From the NCBI GenBank assembly GCA_016219175.1, contig JACRCD010000032.1, positions 1,963-65,962 of the forward strand: a DNA stretch of 64,000 nucleotides. The letters are read 5' to 3'. Below are positions 20,662 through 28,986 of this stretch, in pieces. Each line of letters begins with the position of its first letter. Within the stretch, counting starts at the first letter, position 1. The notes under the pieces are model-generated. The model had not been told where the DNA came from. It searched no databases and worked only from the letters and a program-made list of their open reading frames with translations. The translations under genes were made by a program, and so were the position numbers. This DNA comes from Deltaproteobacteria bacterium. GTDB lineage: Bacteria > Desulfobacterota > Desulfobulbia > Desulfobulbales > SURF-16.

Positions 20662-21798
20662 ATGCCACCCTCCCGGAAAAAAATCGCCTATATCATCAAC
20701 GTTGACTGGTATTTTGTGCTGCACTGGCTCGACCGGGCCAGGGCTGCCCGCGATGCTGGCTATGCGGTCCACGTCTTCGCCGATTTCACCGATCCCACCC
20801 ACCAGCAAACCATGGAGGATGAGGGTTTTATCTGCCGGCGGATTTCCGTGGACCGTAAGAGTATGAATCCGCTCAAAGATGTGTGGAGTTTCCTGCAGAT
20901 CCATGCGGCCCTAAGGAGCGTGCGGCCTGACATCGTGCACTGCATCACCGTCAAACCCAATCTCTACGGGGGGCTTGCCGGCCGACTGCTGGGCCTGAAG
21001 ACCATACTGAATGTCACCGGGCTTGGCCTGGCCTTTTCCGGCAGGACGTTCAGAACATTCATCTCTCGCCAGATCATCAAGCAACTCTACCGTGCCGCCG
21101 CCAACCACCCCTCATGCAAGATCGTCTTTGAGAATGGCGATGACCGGGCGGTGTTTACCCGTCTTGGTATCGGCTTCCCGGAAAATTACATCCTCATCCC
21201 CGGCAGCGGGGTGGATGTCGATCTTTTTGCCTATACCCCCGAAATGGTAAGTGAAGAACCCGTCATCCTCTTTGCCGGACGCCTGCTGTGGGACAAAGGG
21301 CTTGGTGATGTGGTGGCTGCCGCCGGTTTGTTGCGCAAGCAGGGGCAGCGGTTTCGGCTCAACGTGGCGGGGATTGTCGACAGCCGGTCGCAAAATGCTA
21401 TCCCCCTTGCGCAGGTGCGGGGTTGGCATGAGCAAGGGCTGATCAATTGGCTGGGGGAGCGGCATGACATGCCCCGTGTGCTGGCCGAGGCCAATATCGT
21501 TGTTCTGCCGAGCTGCTATGGCGAGGGGGTGCCGCGGGTGCTGATCGAAGCGGCGGCAGTGGGGCGGGCGATCGTGACAACCGGCGTCAGCGGCTGCAGG
21601 GATATCGTCCTTCATGAAGAAAACGGGCTGCTGGTGGAGCCAGGCAAGCCTGAGCAGGTGGCCCTGGCCCTGGAAAGACTCCTGGGTGACCCGGGGCTGC
21701 GCAGAGAATTCGGCCTGCGGGGAAGACGGTTGGTGGAAGAGGTCTTTGACCAGCACCGGGTCATCACGCAGAAACTGGCCCTGTATCATTCCCTGTGA
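20662..21798 (+). CDS. Family-4 (GT-B) glycosyltransferase
   Basis: C-terminal EGVPRVLIEAAAVGRAIVTT...ENGLLVEP, an E-x7-E-type GT4 signature. Confidence 0.75.
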   Translation: MPPSRKKIAYIINVDWYFVLHWLDRARAARDAGYAVHVFADFTDPTHQQTMEDEGFICRRISVDRKSMNPLKDVWSFLQIHAALRSVRPDIVHCITVKPNLYGGLAGRLLGLKTILNVTGLGLAFSGRTFRTFISRQIIKQLYRAAANHPSCKIVFENGDDRAVFTRLGIGFPENYILIPGSGVDVDLFAYTPEMVSEEPVILFAGRLLWDKGLGDVVAAAGLLRKQGQRFRLNVAGIVDSRSQNAIPLAQVRGWHEQGLINWLGERHDMPRVLAEANIVVLPSCYGEGVPRVLIEAAAVGRAIVTTGVSGCRDIVLHEENGLLVEPGKPEQVALALERLLGDPGLRREFGLRGRRLVEEVFDQHRVITQKLALYHSL

Positions 21799-21869
21799 AA
21801 GACAAAAAAGGGGGACGGATTTTTTTCTTAGATGGTTAAAACCGATGAGCTTGATCCCGCCTTGTATGA

Positions 21870-21907
21870 GACATTAGTGAGACATTAGGACATTAGTAGG
21901 ACATTAG
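21870..21907 (+). repeat. Four copies of the octamer GACATTAG in 38 bp
   Basis: Copies at 21870-21877, 21881-21888, 21889-21896 and 21900-21907, about 60 bp upstream of the Y1 transposase-like ORF. Confidence 0.85.
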
Positions 21908-21967
21908 GGACGGAGATTACTTAATAACTTAATTGACACCGCCTTGATGAGCGTGCATCATGATACC

Positions 21968-22972
21968 ATGCCTCGTCATAAACGAATAGACATAGCCGGA
22001 GCGGTTCACCATGTGATTACCCGGGGTGTGGGCCGGCAGGAAATTTTTCTGGATGACGCAGACCGGCAGGCTTTTTTGAGCCGTCTGGAGCGGAATTTGT
22101 CCCTCGCTGGGGCCAGGTGTTATGCCTGGGCGTTGATTCCGAACCATTTTCACCTGTTAATCCGCACCGGAGAAAAGTCATTAAGCGAACTGATGCGGAA
22201 ACTCCTCACCGGCTATGCACTTTACTTTAACCGCCGGCACAAGCGAAGCGGCTATCTCTTCCAAAACCGTTATAAGTCCATTTTGTGCCAAGAGGATGAA
22301 TATCTTCTGGAACTGCTGCGCTACATCCATCTTAACCCACTCAGAGCGAAGCTGGCTGGCAACTTTGATGAACTGGACCGCTATCCATGGTCCGGACATG
22401 CCGTTTTATTGAACAGAAAACGAAGACCCTGGCAGGAACGAAACGAAATTCTCTCCCTGTTTGCCGCCACGAAGCGCGAAGCGGTCCGGCGTTATAGAAA
22501 TTTTGTGGCGGATGGGGTTGCAATGGGCAAACAGCCGCGTTTGACCGGCGGCGGGCTACGAAGGAGCGCCGGTGGCTGGGAAGCCGTATTGGAACACAAG
22601 GAAGCGGGTGAAGTCCTGCGCGGGGACGAACGGATTCTGGGGGACAGCGCCTTTGTTGACCGGATTCTGCGGCTGGCCGAGGAAAATCTGACACGCAAGG
22701 AAAATTTAGTGAAGCAGGGCTGGAATCTGTCACGGCTGGTTGAGGAAACATGCCGTATGTTGCCGGTGGAGCGGGCTGATTTGCAGAAAAAAGGACGCGC
22801 CAACGCGATTTCAACGGCAAAGAGTCTGATTTGCTATTGGGGGAGAGAGATGCTTGGCATAAGTGGCGCGGAATTAGCGCAATATTTCGGCATTTCCCGG
22901 CCAGCGGTTAGCAAGGCCGTGCGGAAAGGAGAGCAGATCGCCAAAGTGGGCAATCTGAAGTTGTTAAATTAA
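21968..22972 (+). CDS. IS200/RAYT-like Y1 (HUH) transposase-family protein fused to a DnaA-C-like HTH
   Basis: MPRHKRIDIAGAVHHVITRG, the HUH motif IPNHFHLLI and the catalytic-Tyr region LLRYIHLNPLRA. The C-terminus is LICYWGREMLGISGAELAQYFGISRPAVSKAV. Confidence 0.7.
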   Translation: MPRHKRIDIAGAVHHVITRGVGRQEIFLDDADRQAFLSRLERNLSLAGARCYAWALIPNHFHLLIRTGEKSLSELMRKLLTGYALYFNRRHKRSGYLFQNRYKSILCQEDEYLLELLRYIHLNPLRAKLAGNFDELDRYPWSGHAVLLNRKRRPWQERNEILSLFAATKREAVRRYRNFVADGVAMGKQPRLTGGGLRRSAGGWEAVLEHKEAGEVLRGDERILGDSAFVDRILRLAEENLTRKENLVKQGWNLSRLVEETCRMLPVERADLQKKGRANAISTAKSLICYWGREMLGISGAELAQYFGISRPAVSKAVRKGEQIAKVGNLKLLN

Positions 22973-23069
22973 GGAATTCGGGGGATACCTTACTGAATTC
23001 CAAACGTTCATGGAGGGCTCACCGGCGTGAGTCCGATATAACGGCCGATTGGCGTCTGCCTTTTCCCTC

Positions 23070-25115
23070 TCACCATCTTTTCTGCAGCAGAATCTCCATT
23101 GTGAACGGTTGGCCGTCCATCATCTCATAGATGGACGGGGTTTCATAGTCGGCGTCAAAGATGTTTTTCGCTATCAAGGTCAGGTCAATCCCCGGGGCCA
23201 TGATATCCTTATAACGCAGGGTGGCATCAAGCTGCCAAACCGATTCGGCGGTATCGATGACCCCGGTGCGGGCATTGATGAGGTCCCTTTCGGAAAAATA
23301 CCGGAGATCCGCCACCAATGAAAGCTTATCGGCGGGTTTCCAGGTCCCGCTCAGGTTGAACATCTTTTTCGGGCCGGGGTCATAAGGGGAGATGACATCT
23401 TCATAGATGTATTCAACCGAGCCGTCCGGCCTGATAAAGATGGCGGTGAGCAGGTGGTAGGTTTCGTCGGGGCCCTTGTTGTCCAGCAGGGTCAGGTTGG
23501 CGCCGAGGGTGAACTGATCCAAGATGGTGTAATTGCCCTCCAGCTCAAGGCCATGGATGTCCTGGCTGTTCGGCAGGGACAGCTGGGCATAGGGATCTTC
23601 CTTGATATGGTCGGCAATGCCGCTGGTAAAAGCCACCACGGAAAAGTTTACCTTTTTTGTCGGGTTATAGGCCAGCTGCGCCTCGACGGTCTCGATTTTC
23701 TCCTGATCCGGTTTTTCGGCGGTAAGAAGCTGGCGGGAAGAGGGGGTGCGGTAGGCCGTGCCATACAGCAGTTTCATGATGAGATCTGTCGTGGGCGAAT
23801 AGCCGACGCCGCTGCTGAAGCTGGCATTATCCTGGTATTCGTCATGGTCGTCAAAGCGGGTGCCGAGCCAGGCCTTCAGATTGCCAGCCTGATGGGTGTA
23901 CTGGCCAAAACCAGAGCGCAGAGTGTCGCTGTAATCTTCCTGCAGCAGGATGGGCAGGAGGTCTTCGTTGCCCGGCCCGATGAAATCAGGCAGATAACTT
24001 TCCCACACCGGCGCGTCGGTAACATGCTTGCTCCTGAAGGAAAGCCCGCCGGTTAACAGTCCCCGCCCGGTAAAAAAGGAATGGTCATAAATGAGCTCCC
24101 CGTATGAGGTCCTTTCCTTGACCTCCAATTCCCGGTCAATAATCTGGTACTCAGGACTGAGTGCGTTATAGAAGCCGGTAAAACGCAGGGATGAGGTGGT
24201 GGTGAGCGGTTTGTTGGCCTCAAGCTTCAGAAAGGAGGAAGAGGTGTTTCGCTCCTCCAGCCAGGTGCCGTTAATCTCATCGGAAACGGCATAGGGATGG
24301 TGGCTGTCGCTTATCCTGCCGCTCAGTTTCAGCAGGTCGCGGTAACTGAGCAGGCCGGTGGCATCAAGATAGCCGCTTCTGCCGGGCTCATCATCGCCGT
24401 AGCGTTCAAGCGGTGCAACCGGCACTTGCGGATCATCTCCCCAGAATCGCGTCAGGTTGGCGCTTGTCTCATCCTCTCTGCCGTTTCTGCCGCTGACTGA
24501 CAGAAAACCGTCCCAGAGCGCATCTCCCTGCCCCATATTCAGATAAAAATCTTGTCCCTGGTCCTGATAATGGGAGGAAACGCCCGTTTCGATCCCGTCC
24601 AGGTCCCGGCCGGTCATGGGCACGACATTGACAATACCCGCGAAGGCATCGGGCCCCCAAAGGACCGACCCCGGGCCCCGGACAATTTCAATGCGCTTGA
24701 TCGGCGCGGTTGACAGGTTGTAGTCAAGCTGGTGCAGGGATTTGTCACTGTCCGCATCCAGGGGCACGGTATCATAGAGAAAGAGGGTGGAGTTGGAGAT
24801 GCCCCGCAGATAGGGGCTGGTTCCCCATGGTTTTTCCGCCATATGAAAACCGGGCAGGGTGGCCAGCGCTTCGCTTAAGGTGGTGGAGCCATGTTCGAGA
24901 AGCTGTTCCCTGGAGATAACCTGCGCCACGGCCGGGGCCTGCCAGGCGCTCTCTTCCCGGCGAGAGGCGATGGTCAGCGCTTCAATATTTTCGCCGACAA
25001 ACATCAGCATGGTCTCTTCGCTGCCGTTGCTTGCGGCGCTGTCGGCCCCATAGCCCGCGCGCGCGGGCAGAAGGGAAAAGAGCAGAAAAAATATTGATAA
25101 TAAAGGTCTGAACAT
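23070..25115 (-). CDS. TonB-dependent outer-membrane receptor
   Basis: Signal peptide and a plug region (TLSEALATLPGF...SPYLRGISNSTLFLYDTVPL, RIEIVRGPGSVLWGPDAFAGIVNV). Long beta-barrel with an aromatic C-terminus (ILLQKRW). Confidence 0.85.
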   Translation of the reverse strand: MFRPLLSIFFLLFSLLPARAGYGADSAASNGSEETMLMFVGENIEALTIASRREESAWQAPAVAQVISREQLLEHGSTTLSEALATLPGFHMAEKPWGTSPYLRGISNSTLFLYDTVPLDADSDKSLHQLDYNLSTAPIKRIEIVRGPGSVLWGPDAFAGIVNVVPMTGRDLDGIETGVSSHYQDQGQDFYLNMGQGDALWDGFLSVSGRNGREDETSANLTRFWGDDPQVPVAPLERYGDDEPGRSGYLDATGLLSYRDLLKLSGRISDSHHPYAVSDEINGTWLEERNTSSSFLKLEANKPLTTTSSLRFTGFYNALSPEYQIIDRELEVKERTSYGELIYDHSFFTGRGLLTGGLSFRSKHVTDAPVWESYLPDFIGPGNEDLLPILLQEDYSDTLRSGFGQYTHQAGNLKAWLGTRFDDHDEYQDNASFSSGVGYSPTTDLIMKLLYGTAYRTPSSRQLLTAEKPDQEKIETVEAQLAYNPTKKVNFSVVAFTSGIADHIKEDPYAQLSLPNSQDIHGLELEGNYTILDQFTLGANLTLLDNKGPDETYHLLTAIFIRPDGSVEYIYEDVISPYDPGPKKMFNLSGTWKPADKLSLVADLRYFSERDLINARTGVIDTAESVWQLDATLRYKDIMAPGIDLTLIAKNIFDADYETPSIYEMMDGQPFTMEILLQKRW

Positions 25116-25139
25116 TTCTTGCAGTCTCAGCTTGATAAG

Positions 25140-26525
25140 CTATCTCCTGATGGCGCCACTGTCTTCGTCGTCAATCTGTTCTTCTTTTAAGCGGCTTAAG
25201 AGCACCCTGAATTTCGCCCGGCTCAAACCGAGCAGCCCGGCCGCTGCCGTTTGATTATTGCCGGAGAGCAGCAGGGCCTGTTGTACGAAATTTTTTTCCA
25301 CCTCATCGAGTTGAATTCCTTCCGGAGGAAGTTTGAAATTGGAACATTCCTCGGGGGCCGATCTTTCAGGGCGCAGAAAGGAAAGGGTGGACGCGGTGAT
25401 GCATCCCTGCTCCCGGTCAAGGATAAACGCCCTTTCCATGGCATTGGCCAGTTCACGCACGTTGCCCGGCCAACTGTGCCCCAGCAGAATGCGTTTGGCG
25501 CCGTCCGTCAGTTCAAATTTTTCTCCCCCGGCTAAACGGGCGATAAAATGGCTGGCCAGGGGAATGATATCATCTTTCCGTTCCCGTAAGGGTGGAGGGA
25601 GAATGGGAAAGACATTGATGCGGAAAAACAGATCCTGCCGGAATTGGCCTTTCTGGACAAAAAGATCAAGATTGCGGTTCGTTGCGCAAATGATTCGCAC
25701 GTTCACCTGAATTTCTTCATGGCCGCCGACCCGCTGGATCTTTTTTTCCTGGAGCACCCGCAGGAGTTTGGCCTGGGCCTCGGTCGGCAGATCGCCGATT
25801 TCGTCAAGAAACAGGGTGCCGCCGTCGGCATATTCAAATTTGCCGATAGCCATGCGATCAGCACCGGTGAAGGCCCCCTTCTCATGGCCAAACAGCTCCG
25901 ACTCGACCAGACTTGCCGAGATGGCGGCGCAGTTGACCGGCACGAACCTGCCGTCTCGGTACTGGCTCTTCTTGTGAATGAACTTGGCCAGCAGCTCCGT
26001 GCCCGTCCCGGATTCTCCATGGATCATGACAGCGGAGTCGCTGACGGCCACCTTGGCCGCCAGGTTCATGACAGCGTCCATCTCCTTGGAGGCGTATATA
26101 ATTTCTCCCGAACCCTGGCTCTTTTCAAGTTTCTGTTTGAGCTCCCTGTTTTCGGCCATGATCCGGGAAAGATGCAAGCCTCTCTCGATGGTCAGATGGA
26201 TTCTTTTATCGTCAAAGGGCTTGGTGATGTAATCAATGGCCCCCTTTTTCATGGCATTGACCGCTGAATCTATGGTGGCGAAGGCGGTAATAAAGACCAC
26301 GGGACAGAGAATGTTTTCTTCCCCTATTTTTTCAAGCAGGGTGATGCCGTCCATTTCCGGCATCTTGATATCGGAAATGACCATGTCGTAAGGAAATGTC
26401 CGGACCTTTTCCAGGGCCTCAAGCCCATTTCCGGCCTGATCCACGGTATAGCCCGATCTGGTGAGCATGATCGCCAGCAGCTGACGCATCTTTTCTTCAT
26501 CATCAACAACTAAAATATGTGCCAT
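25140..26525 (-). CDS. Sigma54-dependent response regulator (NtrC/AtoC family), intact
   Basis: REC (ILVVDDEE, DMVISDIKMPEMDG, AMKKGAIDYITKPF), AAA+ (GESGTGTE, GAFTGA) and a C-terminal HTH. Confidence 0.9.
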   Translation of the reverse strand: MAHILVVDDEEKMRQLLAIMLTRSGYTVDQAGNGLEALEKVRTFPYDMVISDIKMPEMDGITLLEKIGEENILCPVVFITAFATIDSAVNAMKKGAIDYITKPFDDKRIHLTIERGLHLSRIMAENRELKQKLEKSQGSGEIIYASKEMDAVMNLAAKVAVSDSAVMIHGESGTGTELLAKFIHKKSQYRDGRFVPVNCAAISASLVESELFGHEKGAFTGADRMAIGKFEYADGGTLFLDEIGDLPTEAQAKLLRVLQEKKIQRVGGHEEIQVNVRIICATNRNLDLFVQKGQFRQDLFFRINVFPILPPPLRERKDDIIPLASHFIARLAGGEKFELTDGAKRILLGHSWPGNVRELANAMERAFILDREQGCITASTLSFLRPERSAPEECSNFKLPPEGIQLDEVEKNFVQQALLLSGNNQTAAAGLLGLSRAKFRVLLSRLKEEQIDDEDSGAIRR

Positions 26526-26581
26526 TGTTTACATTTCATAAAATTATCGGTTAATAAAGGCATCGCTGTACAACGTGATGC

Positions 26582-27985
26582 TCATTGCCAGGTTGTCGGG
26601 AGTGTGATGGTGAAACAGGCGCCTCCGCTGTTAAGGTTACCCGCGGTAATCAAGCCGTTGTGGCCACCGACAACCTGGGAGGCAAACGCCAGTCCCAGCC
26701 CTGTGCCCTTGGCCCGCGTGGTATGGAACGGTTCAAAAATTTTATCCAGATCAGCAGGTGATATGCCCGGACCCTGATCGGAAATCCGGCATCGCCATGC
26801 GTTGTCGCAGGTCTCGGCGACAATGTTGATTGTACCTTTCCCCCGGGTAATTTCCAGTGCATTTTTAATAATGTTGCTCAAAACCCGGGTCATGAGATCA
26901 GGGTCAATGTTTAAGTAACAGGAGTCGTCGGGAAGAGTGAGCTGGAAAGACGCCGGTACTCCCTTGAGCTGCAATTCAAAACGCGTGACGCATTCCCTGA
27001 TGAGCATATTCATGTCGGTTTCCCGGCAGTTGGGAGATGCCGGCCGGGCAAATTCAAGAAAATCCTCGATAAGCCTGTTCAGCCGCTGTATTTCATCCTC
27101 CATGTAGCTCACCATGATGTTTTCCGAGGAGAGGTCCATGTCCTGTTTTAACAGATCCAGCGAACTTTTTATAATCCCCAGGGGATTTTTGACCTCATGG
27201 GCAATCATCAGCGAAAATTTGCCCATCTCGGCCAGGGTTTTCTGGCGGACCATCTCCTGGCTGGCTTTTTCCAGGGCACTGTTGCTTTTCTGCAGGGAAT
27301 CAAGCATGGCATTGAAGGCCTCCGCCAGTTCCCTTGTTTCGGGCAGGTTGCCTGGCCTAACCCGCAGGTCCAGATTGCCGCGGGCCACCTCCCTGGCCGC
27401 GCTGACAAGCTGTCTGACGGGGTTGACCAGAAAGCGGGAGAGCAGAAGAAACAAAAACAGGGAAATCGTCACCAGTCCCGCGGAAAGAAGATAAAATCTT
27501 TCCTTGATTACCGCCAGCAGATTGTTAATGCCGTCAACGGTATAATAGATTTTTACCTCCCCGATGGTGTCCTCCTCCGGGGTGCTCTTGCGCAGGAAAA
27601 AGGGGTGGCTCTCATCCTTGTTGCCCTTGATCATGACAGGGGCCGCAACCTGCCGCAACCTGTCCGCCCTGCCTTTTTCGTTATGCGTGTCCAGGGTGAC
27701 ATTGGCCAGTTCTTCCCCTGCCTTGCTGGTAATGACGACCTTGATCACATCTTCCTGGGTCAGCAGGTTTTCCGCCAGACCTTTGAGCATCAACCGGTCG
27801 CCTATGAGAATGCCCAGTTCGGAATTCAAGGCAAGGTATTTAGCCAGAAAGGCGGTCCGTTCCTCAAACCGTTTGTGGACAAAGGTCGAGAGGAGATTGG
27901 TGCCGGCGAAAAAAGCAACCGTACTGGCGCTCATCAGGATCACCGCGGCCAGGATCAGCCAGACATGGATGCCGATGTGTTTCAT
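26582..27985 (-). CDS. Sensor histidine kinase (periplasmic domain, HAMP, HisKA, HATPase)
   Basis: The start MKHIGIHVWLILAAV forms an ATGA overlap with the upstream binding-protein gene. H-box MIAHEVKNPLG, DQGPGI, GTGLGLA. Confidence 0.85.
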   Translation of the reverse strand: MKHIGIHVWLILAAVILMSASTVAFFAGTNLLSTFVHKRFEERTAFLAKYLALNSELGILIGDRLMLKGLAENLLTQEDVIKVVITSKAGEELANVTLDTHNEKGRADRLRQVAAPVMIKGNKDESHPFFLRKSTPEEDTIGEVKIYYTVDGINNLLAVIKERFYLLSAGLVTISLFLFLLLSRFLVNPVRQLVSAAREVARGNLDLRVRPGNLPETRELAEAFNAMLDSLQKSNSALEKASQEMVRQKTLAEMGKFSLMIAHEVKNPLGIIKSSLDLLKQDMDLSSENIMVSYMEDEIQRLNRLIEDFLEFARPASPNCRETDMNMLIRECVTRFELQLKGVPASFQLTLPDDSCYLNIDPDLMTRVLSNIIKNALEITRGKGTINIVAETCDNAWRCRISDQGPGISPADLDKIFEPFHTTRAKGTGLGLAFASQVVGGHNGLITAGNLNSGGACFTITLPTTWQ

Positions 27986-28938
27986 GGGAGATCCCCCTTG
28001 GCCTGCGGAGGTGCGGAAACCGGCACGGATAATTTGCGCATTACTTCGGGATTCAGATGGAGCCGGAAACGGGGGGGCTCGTCGGGACATGCCTCTCCCT
28101 TCATGAGCTGCAAGGACAGGGAGGCGGCCTGGGCTCCCAGTTGTTCATAATCAAAGACAAAGGAGAGCAGCGCTCCGGATTCGGAAAAAAAGCTGTTATA
28201 GCCGATGGTCGGGATGTTATGGATAAAGGCCTCCTTGATGATATAGCTGACGATGCTCTCGGAAATAACCGTCTGATCGGGGATAAACCAGATGGCGTCC
28301 ATCTCGGACCAGTGTCTGTCAAGCACCCGCGGCAGCTCCTGTTTGGAGGAAATTTCAAGCGGCACGATCTCAAGCCCAATGCCGGCCGCTGCCGCCGCTG
28401 CCGTTTTGACGTATCCTCCATTGAAAGCCGGATCATACAGGATGGCAATTTTTTTAACACAGGGAAGAACCTGCCCGATTTTTTCAATCTGCATGGCGAT
28501 GGGGATATTTAAAAAAATGCCGCAGCCGTTGCTGCCGATGATTTTTTCCGGATTTAACAGCATGGTAAAGACGATCGGCGGCAACCCGAGACCCTGATCT
28601 GTTTCGGTGAGAAACAGGGCGGCCTCGGGGCCGATGGCAATGATGGCTTTATAGTTATGGGCGGCAATATCCTGCAGCAGAGAGGGGTATTTTGACTGAG
28701 GGTAATCAGAGAGGGTGAAAAAATCGGTTTTTACATTGCCCGCGGTTTGCAGATGCTTAGTGGCGCCGTCCAGGGCGGCCAGATAAGGCCGTATCTTCTG
28801 GGAGACCACGATAGCCGTATCGCTTCGTTGCAGCCAGCTTTCCGGGCCTGCCCCGGCATGGCGCGGCGCGGCAAGCGGCAGCAAAAAGAAGATGATGGCG
28901 GTCAGCGCTATGCTCAGGAATTTATCAAGATGGCGCAT
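27982..28938 (-). CDS. Periplasmic ABC-type substrate-binding-fold protein (ABC_sub_bind / BMP-like), likely sensor partner of the kinase
   Basis: Signal peptide, 318 aa with an alternating alpha/beta pattern (KKIAILYDP..., IPTIGYNSFFSESGALLSF). Translationally coupled to the kinase, and no ABC permease or ATPase is nearby. Confidence 0.6.
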   Translation of the reverse strand: MRHLDKFLSIALTAIIFFLLPLAAPRHAGAGPESWLQRSDTAIVVSQKIRPYLAALDGATKHLQTAGNVKTDFFTLSDYPQSKYPSLLQDIAAHNYKAIIAIGPEAALFLTETDQGLGLPPIVFTMLLNPEKIIGSNGCGIFLNIPIAMQIEKIGQVLPCVKKIAILYDPAFNGGYVKTAAAAAAGIGLEIVPLEISSKQELPRVLDRHWSEMDAIWFIPDQTVISESIVSYIIKEAFIHNIPTIGYNSFFSESGALLSFVFDYEQLGAQAASLSLQLMKGEACPDEPPRFRLHLNPEVMRKLSVPVSAPPQAKGDLP

Positions 28939-28986
28939 CGTAAATCGCAGGGTCTACCTCTTGTCTTCTGAACTGACGGACAATAA

